A stretch of DNA of 64,000 bases from Bdellovibrionales bacterium. GTDB taxonomy: Bacteria > Bdellovibrionota > Bdellovibrionia > Bdellovibrionales > JAGQZY01. The notes under the pieces are model-generated. The model saw only the letters and a list, made by a program, of their open reading frames with translations, ran no database searches and was not told where the DNA came from. The position numbers were made by a program, and so were the translations under genes. This document shows, piece after piece, positions 19,439-28,924 of this stretch (position 1 is the first letter of the stretch; every line of letters starts with the position of its first letter). The DNA is taken from the NCBI GenBank assembly GCA_031429075.1, contig JANOYW010000080.1, positions 34,991 through 98,990 on the forward strand, in the 5' to 3' direction.

Positions 19439-20739
19439 ATATGAATTAAATAAAGGTACTTCATTTGCCCCAGAGAACCAAAAAGGTAGACTGCAAAAAA
19501 CTGTGTGTAGATGGGCCAAAATGCTTTCCAGGTGCGTGTCGTCAAGATTCCAATAAGCGATAAAAAGAAAACGCCAATGGCCCCCCAAAAAGACACTAAA
19601 CTCGGCCATACGGTTTGCGAGGTATAAAGATTTTCCATCACACCGCGATCCAGATGTCCCATTCTCGCGCGATGGCTTTGCGAAACGGCGCGTACCGTCT
19701 GAAGCACAGCTTCTGAGTGCTCAAAACGAAAGTTTTGACGATTGTCTGCAGGATCGAACAGTGGTGAGTTCGCAAGAAACTTGTAAAAAATATGGGTTTT
19801 AATTTTTGCACAAGAAATCACATTGTTTAGACACAATTTTAAAACCAGCAGCTGAAATGGTTGGACTTTCGAACTGTTTAAATCTGGTTTTAAACTTGGC
19901 CAGGAAATTTGATAACTTTTAAAATTGTTCTGAAGGTGAGGAGATGGTTCATCGGGAAGGATTGCCGACACCACACTTTTTTCCTGTTCAGTGAGCTGAG
20001 GTTTGGTGTTCTGCACCAAGAGGCGATAGGTGTTGATTGATGTATTTAGTGAATAATTATCCGACAGAGCAAGAGAGGGCCACTTGTCTTGAATGGCTCC
20101 TCCAAAAAAAGAAACAGCGACCAGGCAAGGAAGTAAAATTTTGAGTCGCATTGATTTGAAGCTCCAAACCAATTGAATAAGAAAAAAAGCGAGTATGATA
20201 TAGCCTTCTCGGCGGATAAGAGCGGCCCCCAAAAACATGGCAAAGGTGAGCACCAGCAAAAAAAAGTTTTTCTTTTTTGTTTTCGATTCAAGTGCGACGA
20301 TGAGCAGACAAAGGCTCCCGGCCCAGATCAACCAGGAGTAGGCTACATTTCTGTCGAGATAGGCCTGCATCTTGAAATTGATTGGCAGAAGAAGAAAAAG
20401 AAACAGGCTAATAAAAGCGCCCCAGGGGGAGAGTTTTTGCATTTGCCAAACAGTTCCGATAATCACAATACCGATAAAAAGAGTCTGGAAAACAAAAAAA
20501 TATCCGAGCAAAATGTCCTTCTGGTAAAGGATTTTTAAAAGACAGGGATAAAAAAAGCCTCTCCAATCATTCAGACAGGAGTCATTAGGGGAGTTTTCGA
20601 AAGTAAAAATGTATTTGAGGACTCCTTCGCTGTAAAAGCCAGGCCAAAAAACCACGAGTGCGGCAAGAAAATACGCCACCAGTGCTGCTGCAACTACGTG
20701 GTGACCTTGGATTGTTTTAACGAAGCGCGATGGCAGCAT
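19339..20739 (-). CDS. Multi-pass membrane protein, GT-C/DUF6020-like (third paralog)
   Basis: FWPGFYSEG..Y, DRNVAY, IRREG, C-terminal KYLY; many TM helices. Confidence 0.55.
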   Translation of the reverse strand: MLPSRFVKTIQGHHVVAAALVAYFLAALVVFWPGFYSEGVLKYIFTFENSPNDSCLNDWRGFFYPCLLKILYQKDILLGYFFVFQTLFIGIVIIGTVWQMQKLSPWGAFISLFLFLLLPINFKMQAYLDRNVAYSWLIWAGSLCLLIVALESKTKKKNFFLLVLTFAMFLGAALIRREGYIILAFFLIQLVWSFKSMRLKILLPCLVAVSFFGGAIQDKWPSLALSDNYSLNTSINTYRLLVQNTKPQLTEQEKSVVSAILPDEPSPHLQNNFKSYQISWPSLKPDLNSSKVQPFQLLVLKLCLNNVISCAKIKTHIFYKFLANSPLFDPADNRQNFRFEHSEAVLQTVRAVSQSHRARMGHLDRGVMENLYTSQTVWPSLVSFWGAIGVFFLSLIGILTTRTWKAFWPIYTQFFAVYLFGSLGQMKYLYLIHIYFIAVAPSVLLILFQTIKDRILNKTFPKKKKV

Positions 20740-20861
20740 GAGAAAAGGCTACAGAATCTTCGCAGGCTGTTCATTGTTTTTGCTTTAGAATTTATAGATT
20801 AAACACCGCAACAAAATGGCTATATCTAGCGCGCACCCACAAGGTCGGATAAGAATTATAT

Positions 20862-22172
20862 GTGGAAGATACTTATTGCCCCATTCCCTGGAATTTTCAA
20901 GCCGTTCGCTCTAACGGGGATATGCGCGTTTGTTGCCAAGCCAATATTAGCAAAACTCAGGGTCTTTTAAGAAAAGAAAACGGCGACTGCTATAACGCCG
21001 CTGAGGGAGATCTTATTAGCCCTCGAAACAGTTCTCTGATTAAAGAAATTCGTGCGGAGATGCTAAAGGGACGTTGGCATTCGTCGTGCGAAAGATGTCA
21101 TCGAGAGGAAAAAGCAGGCTTAAGCTCTCGACGAAAGTACGAAAGAGAACAGTGGTCCCTGTCGCAGGAACAGGTCGCAGAAAAAACTCACTCGGATGGA
21201 AGCATAGATCCAAAAGATTTCTCCGTTTCCTACTACGACCTTCGCTTTGGCAATTTGTGCAATTTAAAGTGTCGTATGTGCGGCCCAACCGACAGCTCTG
21301 CTTGGTATGAAGACTGGTTTGAGCTTAACGGAACGTTAGAGTTTAAAGACACCTCGGGACCAGTGCAGATTACCAAAGGGCCGGGAGGTTATTCCTCAAA
21401 AGCCTACGACTGGCATTACAGCGATGAATTTTGGAATAGTTTCGAGCAGCAGCTCCCTCAAATTCAACATATTTATATGGCTGGCGGCGAACCGCTTCTG
21501 ATTAAAAGACATTATGAATTTTTAACCAAATGTGTTGAACGTCAATATTCAGCAAACATGATTCTTGAATACAATACGAATTGCACAAAAATCCCTGACC
21601 GGGCTCTCGAGCTCTGGAAACATTTTAAAGAAGTGCGTATTGGCGCGAGCATTGATGGCTACGGAGAGGTTGCGGAATATCAGCGCTATCCCAGTCGGTG
21701 GAATGAAGTTTATGCAAATTTGCAAAAATTAAATGCACAAGACGGACCGCTCCACCTTTGGTTGGCTTACACCGTTACAGCTTACAATGTGTGGCACATG
21801 CCCGACTTTATGAAATGGAAATTGAAAGAATCAGGTTTGCATCGTTTTAATGGAAGCGAGCGAAAACCAATAATTACATATCATATGGCACACAATCCTC
21901 CGCACTTAAACGTGCGTGTTTTACCAAAAGAATTTAAGGACCAGGTCGTAGGGCGATTTGAAAACTTCGTAGCTTGGGTAAAGCAAGAGGGGTTTCCCGC
22001 CAATTATGTGCAGCAAGCAGAATCTATTGGTAAATCTATTAAAGATTACATGTTAGCTGACGATAGCCACGTCCAACGCTGGCCGCAATTCAAGCAATAC
22101 ACTTTAGGTCTTGATAAAATAAGAGGCCAAAACATATCCGACCTTATTCCGGAGTTAAGTCCTTTTTTATAA
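20862..22172 (+). CDS. Radical SAM protein with N-terminal twitch domain (subfamily A)
   Basis: YCPIPW..NGDMRVCC...CERC, then LCNLKCRMC, AGGEP, YNTN, SIDG..EYQRYPSRW. Confidence 0.92.
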   Translation: MEDTYCPIPWNFQAVRSNGDMRVCCQANISKTQGLLRKENGDCYNAAEGDLISPRNSSLIKEIRAEMLKGRWHSSCERCHREEKAGLSSRRKYEREQWSLSQEQVAEKTHSDGSIDPKDFSVSYYDLRFGNLCNLKCRMCGPTDSSAWYEDWFELNGTLEFKDTSGPVQITKGPGGYSSKAYDWHYSDEFWNSFEQQLPQIQHIYMAGGEPLLIKRHYEFLTKCVERQYSANMILEYNTNCTKIPDRALELWKHFKEVRIGASIDGYGEVAEYQRYPSRWNEVYANLQKLNAQDGPLHLWLAYTVTAYNVWHMPDFMKWKLKESGLHRFNGSERKPIITYHMAHNPPHLNVRVLPKEFKDQVVGRFENFVAWVKQEGFPANYVQQAESIGKSIKDYMLADDSHVQRWPQFKQYTLGLDKIRGQNISDLIPELSPFL

Positions 22173-22190
22173 CCCAAAGGTAGTGCTACT

Positions 22191-23354
22191 ATGCTTGAAA
22201 CACAAACAACACCTTCACCGTCAGGAATATGGCAAAGTAGCTATGACTTTGTTTGTACTTGGGACTTAGGCCGTCGATGCAATTTAGACTGTTCCTATTG
22301 TCCTCCGCATCGACACAATAATTGGTCTTTGCATGCCAAGCTCGAAGATCTAAAAAATACGGCTCGACTGCCCCTTCAATATGGACGGCGACTTCGAGAG
22401 TACTCGAACGGTCAAATCGCTACCCAAGTAAGTTTTACTGGCGGAGAGCCCACTCTCAATCCAGCTTTTGTGCCTCTTTGTGCGTATATCAAACAACAAG
22501 ACCCACAATTAGAAATTGGACTCACAACAAATGGGCTGATGAGTTCGTCTTTGTTGGAGGAGCTAATCCCTGTTATTGATCATTTCACAATCAGTTTTCA
22601 TTTTGAAGCCACAGCAGGGGCAAAGACTAGAATCACCGAAAATATCTATGCGATTGATAAATTTTTTCGTTCCGGCCAAATTAGAAACTACTCAGTAAAC
22701 GTGATGGTTCATGCTAAGAACGAACTGTTTGAGGAGTGTCTCAAATTAATAGCTGATTTTTTAGAAAACGGGATTCGCTATAGTTTAAGAGTTATTGGCG
22801 AGCACCCAGGAGATCCCGAAGCGCATATGTACACTGAAGCGCAAATTGAGTTTATTAAAAACAATGGAATTATAAAATTAGCTCAAGCGGGTTTTAAGCT
22901 GTCCACTGAAAAAATCCAGGGTCACCATGCAGGGCGCGTTTGCTGTGGAGGGCGATCGTTTAAAGAAGTCTACACCGTGGATGATGAAAGTGTTAATGCG
23001 GCCACGATCAGTGCGCAGCCAGAGGTCAAACGCTTATCTTACAGAAAGTTTAAAGGGTGGTCGTGCTTTGTAAACCTGTTTTTTTTGCATATTCACGATG
23101 AAGAAAAGAAAATATATTACCACCAAACGTGCCAGGCGCGCCCACAGGGTGGACGGGGGCCCATTGGTTCCACCGATAGAGTTGATGAAATTCTCAGTGA
23201 ATTAGAAGCTAGATTTCAAAGCAAGAAGCTGCAGCCCGTGGTTTGCCCCAACGAAATATGTAATTGTGGACTGTGTATCACTAAATCAAAAAATCCGCAG
23301 ATGTTGAAAAGCTTTATTCACCAAACTTTCGCTGATTTCGAGTTGAGTACATGA
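22191..23354 (+). CDS. Radical SAM protein, subfamily C
   Basis: WDLGRRCNLDCSYC, TGGEP, TTNG; GRVCCGG; FKGWSC..C..CPNEICNCGLC. Confidence 0.9.
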   Translation: MLETQTTPSPSGIWQSSYDFVCTWDLGRRCNLDCSYCPPHRHNNWSLHAKLEDLKNTARLPLQYGRRLREYSNGQIATQVSFTGGEPTLNPAFVPLCAYIKQQDPQLEIGLTTNGLMSSSLLEELIPVIDHFTISFHFEATAGAKTRITENIYAIDKFFRSGQIRNYSVNVMVHAKNELFEECLKLIADFLENGIRYSLRVIGEHPGDPEAHMYTEAQIEFIKNNGIIKLAQAGFKLSTEKIQGHHAGRVCCGGRSFKEVYTVDDESVNAATISAQPEVKRLSYRKFKGWSCFVNLFFLHIHDEEKKIYYHQTCQARPQGGRGPIGSTDRVDEILSELEARFQSKKLQPVVCPNEICNCGLCITKSKNPQMLKSFIHQTFADFELST

Positions 23355-24433
23355 AATACTCCTACGTTGAAAAAGCACACTCGATTCAAATCGAAATCTC
23401 GACAAAGTGCAATGCCCAGTGCCCAGCTTGTATTCGTACCGATTCGAAGTCATTAGTGCACACGCAAGAGATTATTCCGAAAAATAAGGAAATGCCGCTT
23501 GCGACGATGACGAAAATATTTTCGTCCCAGTTCACGCAGAATCTGCAGGCCATTGAGTTTTGTGGCACCATGGACGAACCGCTCATGCACTCTGAGTTTT
23601 TAGAAATGATTGATGAAATCTACCGCCTCAATCCTAAGGTCTCTATTAAGGTGCACACCAACGCAGGTTTGAGAAACGAAAGTTACTTTGCAGAGCTGGC
23701 CCGAAAACTTCAAAGGGCTGGCGAAAGCTCTTGTGTAAAGTTTAGTATCGACGGTCTTGCCGATACAAACTCCATCTATCGCTACAAGGTGGAGTGGGAT
23801 CGAGTTTACAGTAATCTTAAGGCGTTTGTAGATGCTGGGGGGCGCGCCGAATGGCAAATGCTTATTTTCCCTTGGAACCAGCATCAGGTAAGTACCGCAC
23901 GACAGATGGCTCAGGATATTGGCTGTATCGCTTTTAAAGCAAGGCCAGATCGTACAATGACTTCGGCCTGGGGTTTAGAACAAATTTTAAAGACCAGAGC
24001 AGAAGAGGTTACCCCCGTTGGGCGTTTGCGCTCGGGCGATCCTGCCGCTATGAATCTGATCGAACAGCGTATGGGGGAGCCCATTGATTGTGTTTACAAA
24101 GACTCCCGACAAATGATCTTTGTTTCTTGGGATGCGCAAGTGTGGCCCTGCTGTTTTTGGACCAACATCCGATACGAAAACCAACTTAAAAAACAGAAAC
24201 TCCAAGAAACTGTTTTTGAAAAGTACGGAGACACTTTTAACTCGCTCGAGCATCACTCACTCGATGAAATTTTGCGCCATCCATTTTTTGCTCATGATTT
24301 GGTAAAAAGCTGGGAAGAAGGCTCGTCTCTGAAGTGGCGCTGTGTGGATAAGTGCTCTACGGCACGAGTGCGCACAGCTGATGGCAAGCCGGATGACAAA
24401 AAGCCCTACGAGTTTATCGAATTTTCTAAGTAG
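23351..24433 (+). CDS. Radical SAM protein, subfamily B
   Basis: KCNAQCPACIR, CGTMDEP, FSIDGLADTNSIYR, WNQHQ, IDC..WPCC..CVDKC. Confidence 0.9.
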   Translation: MKYSYVEKAHSIQIEISTKCNAQCPACIRTDSKSLVHTQEIIPKNKEMPLATMTKIFSSQFTQNLQAIEFCGTMDEPLMHSEFLEMIDEIYRLNPKVSIKVHTNAGLRNESYFAELARKLQRAGESSCVKFSIDGLADTNSIYRYKVEWDRVYSNLKAFVDAGGRAEWQMLIFPWNQHQVSTARQMAQDIGCIAFKARPDRTMTSAWGLEQILKTRAEEVTPVGRLRSGDPAAMNLIEQRMGEPIDCVYKDSRQMIFVSWDAQVWPCCFWTNIRYENQLKKQKLQETVFEKYGDTFNSLEHHSLDEILRHPFFAHDLVKSWEEGSSLKWRCVDKCSTARVRTADGKPDDKKPYEFIEFSK

Positions 24434-24437
24434 AAAT

Positions 24438-25454
24438 TTACACTTGGCCGCAGTGTTTTATGCATGCCGGTGAACAGCGTTGCGAAGTGTTTTCGTTTCG
24501 TTCCCATGACGAAGGAATATCCTTTGCGAAAAAATCATCCTGAAGTATTGTTTGTAGAGAATATTTTTTTAACGAATTAAAACCGAAACTTTTGTCTTTG
24601 AGCCAATGGCGATGAAAATATTCTCTTTCGATGATGGAAAGTCGTCGCTCTCCCAAATTTCCAATCCAGCAACAGGGCCAAACTTCGCCCAAAGAGTCGA
24701 TATAAATTTCGTTACGCTGCTGGGCCTTGCAGCTGATGGGGGTGGAAGCATCATAAAGCTTATTAATTTTAAGACCGAGTTCCGCTTCGGTTGTGTCTGC
24801 AAATGGTCGGCTTTGGGTCTTCATTTTTTTTACGTCCTCCAGACTCACCGTGGTAGGTTGTCGTTTTGAATCGTAGTTTTTCCTCGTCGTAAAGCGAGCG
24901 AAACCAAGACTTTTTGCCAATTGCTCGGCTTCGGGCAATTGGTGGATGTTGGTGTCGAAGAGAATATACTTCCATACAGCCTGCCCCCCATGCTCCATAA
25001 AGGTTTGTGCATTCCTTATAATCTTAGACCAAGAAGTCCCGATACGGTAAAGCGCGTGGGTGTCCTCCAGACCATCAATGGAAAACACACACTCAATGGA
25101 ATGTTTTTTCGAAAGGGCTCCTAACCGTTGCCAGGTGAGTGTGCTCCCCAGAGATCCGTTCGTATGAATGACAATATTTAAATTTGGCCAGGCGGCGACA
25201 GCGTACTCGATGTACTGGAGAAATTCAGGGTGGGCGAGGGGATCGCCCATAACGCCGCAAAATAAAAGCTCCTCAAGGCGAAGCGCTTCATGATCATTAA
25301 GCACGTCTTCAAAAAATTCAAGAGAAAGATGATTCGGTGTGATTGGATTTTCAATTCCCTCTGCCATATCGCTCGTGCGTGAGCACCCAAGGCAGGACGC
25401 ATTACAAAACGTCGAGATCTCTAAATGAATTTTTTGAATTTGGCCTCGATACAA
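24438..25454 (-). CDS. Radical SAM protein, subfamily B
   Basis: FCNASCLGCSR, CGVMGDP, FSIDGLEDTHALYR, ISCK..WPCCW..CIKHCG; TTG start with GGAG RBS. Confidence 0.9.
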   Translation of the reverse strand: MYRGQIQKIHLEISTFCNASCLGCSRTSDMAEGIENPITPNHLSLEFFEDVLNDHEALRLEELLFCGVMGDPLAHPEFLQYIEYAVAAWPNLNIVIHTNGSLGSTLTWQRLGALSKKHSIECVFSIDGLEDTHALYRIGTSWSKIIRNAQTFMEHGGQAVWKYILFDTNIHQLPEAEQLAKSLGFARFTTRKNYDSKRQPTTVSLEDVKKMKTQSRPFADTTEAELGLKINKLYDASTPISCKAQQRNEIYIDSLGEVWPCCWIGNLGERRLSIIEREYFHRHWLKDKSFGFNSLKKYSLQTILQDDFFAKDIPSSWERNENTSQRCSPACIKHCGQV

Positions 25455-25476
25455 GGAGTCTCCAATACTTAGATCG

Positions 25477-26622
25477 CTACAAATCTTTTTGTTTCAATAA
25501 AGCGTCCCATTCGGGAACAATATGTCGCAAGCTATTTTTTCGCAAGTTTTCTAAGTCTTGCAGATAAGTGACGGCTCGTTTATCAAAGGGCCTTTTTGGA
25601 ATTTGTTGTAACTGTCGCATTAATCCAGAAAATATTGGCGAGGTGGTAGATAGCTTTTTAACTGCTTTTTCAAAGTCTGGTTGAGGCAAATTGCCAGGAG
25701 CGAGATACGTAGGATCATAAACCGGTTGAAAATTGGCTCGCACCCGCTCGTTGGGGTGAAACGCTTTACTCACCTCGCGATACCATTGGTAAAGTTCCGA
25801 TAGAGAAAATAGATTACAATTGCTGACGGTCACCTGCAGCGTGATGGTCATGGACGGGATTTCTATTGCGAGTTTAAAAAATTCCCTCACGTTTTTTTCG
25901 ATATCTTGCCACTTGCTAGGAAAACGTAAATATTCGTTAAGTTCGCCGTAACCATCGATACTTAAAAAAAGACGAGTCAATCGAGTTTTTTTCCAAACTT
26001 CGATAAGTTCATGCGAAGGAAGTACGGTGACGTTGGTGTGATACCAAAGCTCGAGATTTTTTATCACGTCAAGATTGACATCAGTAAACATATGGTGCGA
26101 ATTTTTGAACATGAAAGGCTCGCCGCCAAGAATTTTCACACGCTCAAGATTAGGAAATCCGCCGAGGTGAAATTTTTTATCAGCAGCCTGACTACTGTCG
26201 TCGTCCATTTCCCAGTTAAGTTTTTGGTAATCTTCACGCCACTTTGAACTAAATTTTGGATGACAGGAGACACATTTTAAATTGCATTGGTTGCCAACAA
26301 AATATTCGATAAATTTAATATCGTTTGTTGTTACCACATCAGTTAATTTTGATTTTTCCAGGACGAAGGCGTCGTTACTGTGCTGCCGGTAGCTTTTGAT
26401 TCCAGATTTCTCTTCGAGATCGCATTTGTAACAGCCTGCGATGGGCTCGTTAATCAAGGCTTGTTGACGAATTTCTTTAAAGTGCGGGCTGTTGAAGGCA
26501 GTTTCAATCGACGAAAAATTCGCAACGTAGGCGCCGGGGTTTTCATAGCGACAGCAGGCCTTAAGCCCTCCGTCAGGGTTTAAGCAAGCGTGTGACCAAA
26601 GCAATGAGCAATACGAATTCAC
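25477..26622 (-). CDS. Radical SAM protein with N-terminal twitch domain (subfamily A)
   Basis: YCSLLW..LKACC...CYKC, then QCNLKCVSC, LGGEP, LSIDG..NEYLRFPSKW. Confidence 0.9.
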   Translation of the reverse strand: MNSYCSLLWSHACLNPDGGLKACCRYENPGAYVANFSSIETAFNSPHFKEIRQQALINEPIAGCYKCDLEEKSGIKSYRQHSNDAFVLEKSKLTDVVTTNDIKFIEYFVGNQCNLKCVSCHPKFSSKWREDYQKLNWEMDDDSSQAADKKFHLGGFPNLERVKILGGEPFMFKNSHHMFTDVNLDVIKNLELWYHTNVTVLPSHELIEVWKKTRLTRLFLSIDGYGELNEYLRFPSKWQDIEKNVREFFKLAIEIPSMTITLQVTVSNCNLFSLSELYQWYREVSKAFHPNERVRANFQPVYDPTYLAPGNLPQPDFEKAVKKLSTTSPIFSGLMRQLQQIPKRPFDKRAVTYLQDLENLRKNSLRHIVPEWDALLKQKDL

Positions 26623-26712
26623 AGATCTCCTATGGTGTTCCTTGAGCGAATTACTCTCTGCGTCTATTTCGCCAGGATTGAATAATTTTTACCCATTGGT
26701 ATAGATAAAACA

Positions 26713-27858
26713 ATGGCAAATTACTGGTCTTCCTACGACTTCACACAAATACCCTTCCAAGATATCGAATCAGTGGGTCAAAGAACCCTTCTGCATCGCG
26801 ATCTGTTCTGCGTAAGTTGGTTGCTAGGCCGTTTTTGCAATTACCGCTGTTCTTATTGTTGGCCCTACGCTCGATCGGACAAAAAGGATCATCGCTCCAC
26901 GGAGCTTGTCTTAAAAACGTTAGCCGAAATAAAGCGCCAAGCGCGCGAGAGAAATTTTAATTCGTTTCATTTTTCGTTTAGCGGTGGCGAGCCGACCATG
27001 CACCCAGGGTATTTGGAGATTTTGAAAACTTATTCTGAGGATCAAAAAAATTGCAATTATCAATCGCTGCATATGACGAGCAATGTGAGTGCGGGTTTAG
27101 GTTGGTTTAAAAAATACGTCGAAACGACCAAAGACATCAATCGTGTGAGTGTGACCGCAAGTTATCACAAAGAGTTTACAACAAAAGAACCGTTTGCGGA
27201 AAAACTCGTTTTTCTGCAAGAAAACGACATTAATGTCACCATCAATATGGTGATGGTGCCAGAGCGCTTTGAACTTCTTTGGGAGGAAGCTCTTTATTTT
27301 CACGAGCAAGGAATTAACGTCACTCTCAAGCCACAAAGCAACCCGACGGCAACTGCTGTGGTTCAGGGTTATACGGACGAGATGCTCAAGCGGTTGCGCA
27401 ACGGGATGCCGCAAAGAGATTATACAGCAAAGCGCTTAGAGACCAATTCCAAGTCTTCCCTTCGGCCAAAAGCATGCTTTGCGCCTTATCCAGAGAAAGA
27501 TGCTTCGGGAGAAGAAATTCCACAAATTATGCAGGTGGAGCTCAACGACAACAAAGGTCAAAAATTTTTTATGGATCAAGCCGAGCGCTTTAACGCCTTC
27601 AATTTTAACCAATTTAAGGGGTGGGAGTGCAGCGCCGGTTACCGCAGCATTATTATCCGTGAGCCCGATGGAGCGATTAAAAGAAGTTACAGTTGTAATG
27701 ATAAACCTCTCGGTTATCTGGAAACCGGCTTTGAATTGTTTCCAAAGGCCATGCCATGTATCACTCAGAGTTGCGTAAGCAGTGCGGATAGCAAAATCCC
27801 CAAACGCAAAGCGGGCACTCAGTGGCCGCTTTGGCCCGGAGACACTGCGAGTGTATAA
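26713..27858 (+). CDS. Radical SAM protein, subfamily C
   Basis: WLLGRFCNYRCSYC, SGGEP; C-terminal FKGWECSAG..SC..PCITQSC. Confidence 0.9.
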   Translation: MANYWSSYDFTQIPFQDIESVGQRTLLHRDLFCVSWLLGRFCNYRCSYCWPYARSDKKDHRSTELVLKTLAEIKRQARERNFNSFHFSFSGGEPTMHPGYLEILKTYSEDQKNCNYQSLHMTSNVSAGLGWFKKYVETTKDINRVSVTASYHKEFTTKEPFAEKLVFLQENDINVTINMVMVPERFELLWEEALYFHEQGINVTLKPQSNPTATAVVQGYTDEMLKRLRNGMPQRDYTAKRLETNSKSSLRPKACFAPYPEKDASGEEIPQIMQVELNDNKGQKFFMDQAERFNAFNFNQFKGWECSAGYRSIIIREPDGAIKRSYSCNDKPLGYLETGFELFPKAMPCITQSCVSSADSKIPKRKAGTQWPLWPGDTASV

Positions 27859-28924
27859 GGCACGAGAAATCAAGGTCGTGCATTTAGAAATCACAACTAA
27901 GTGCAATGCTTCATGTCCCATGTGTTTACGTAATGTCTGTGGAGGGCAAGTGAACCCCCAGCTTCCGCTGGCAGAACTTTCCCTTTTTGATATCGAAAAA
28001 ATATTTCCGGTCAATTTTGTTCAGCAATTGGAACGGATTCTTTATTGCGGAAATTACGGAGACCCTGTGGCGGCAAAAGACACTTTGGATTCGCTCAAGT
28101 ATTTTAAAAATGCAAATCCACGTCTTCAGATATCACTGTTTTCCAATGCGTCAGCCCGACCGGCTGGGTGGTGGCAAGAGGTCGCAACGTTAACGACGGA
28201 TGTTCACTTTGCAATCGATGGCTTGGCTGATACGAATGCTTTGTATCGCCGGGGAACACAATTTGACGTAATCATGAGGAATGCAAAGGCATTTATTGAT
28301 GCTGGCGGAAGAGCCGTTTGGGACTACATTGTGTTCAAGCACAATGAACATCAAATTGAAGAAGCACAATCGTTAGCGCGAAAAATGGGCTTTTATAAAT
28401 TCAATTTAAAAAAAACCGGCCGTTTTTTTAGCAATACCAAATCGGAAGTCAAAACACAGCAGGCTGTCTTGGGCACGGACGGGCAACTTGAATATTATTT
28501 AGAAATGCCGGTAAATACAAAATACCACAATGGGGCCCTGGCCAAAGAAGAAGCTCTTGTGCAAAAATACGGTCATCTCGAAAAATATTTAGATCAGACC
28601 CAAGTCGAATGTAAAGTCGCCGCTGAAAAAAGCGTTTACGTGTCTGCCGAAGGATTTGTTTTTCCTTGCTGCTGGACGGCCAACCAACTCTATCCCTGGT
28701 ATTTGAAACCGCGCTCGTCTCAGCTGTGGAAGCTCATCGAGGCTCTTCCTGATAACGAAAGCTCCATTTCAGCCAAAAACCACAGTCTTGATTCCATTGT
28801 AGAAGGTGATTTTTTCGAAAGCATAGAGAGGAGTTGGGGGCTGGCCTCGACAAAGCTCGGAAAACTCAAGCCCTGTGCTAAAACCTGTGGAAAAGAGTTT
28901 GATCCATTTCGTGCTCAATGGTGA
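27851..28924 (+). CDS. Radical SAM protein, subfamily B
   Basis: HLEITTKCNASCPMCLR, CGNYGDP, FAIDGLADTNALYR, WDYIVFKHNEHQ, PCCW, CAKTCG; GTG start 27851 with GGAG RBS. Confidence 0.9.
   Translation: MYKAREIKVVHLEITTKCNASCPMCLRNVCGGQVNPQLPLAELSLFDIEKIFPVNFVQQLERILYCGNYGDPVAAKDTLDSLKYFKNANPRLQISLFSNASARPAGWWQEVATLTTDVHFAIDGLADTNALYRRGTQFDVIMRNAKAFIDAGGRAVWDYIVFKHNEHQIEEAQSLARKMGFYKFNLKKTGRFFSNTKSEVKTQQAVLGTDGQLEYYLEMPVNTKYHNGALAKEEALVQKYGHLEKYLDQTQVECKVAAEKSVYVSAEGFVFPCCWTANQLYPWYLKPRSSQLWKLIEALPDNESSISAKNHSLDSIVEGDFFESIERSWGLASTKLGKLKPCAKTCGKEFDPFRAQW

Noticed and set aside
8922-28924. Naming subfamily B/C proteins MoaA, PqqE, QueE, anSME or viperin
   Set aside because: No moa, pqq, que or sulfatase context, and no family-specific motifs recognised (e.g. 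no MoaA C-terminal GG, no QueE Cx14CxxC variant); such labels would be over-annotation.
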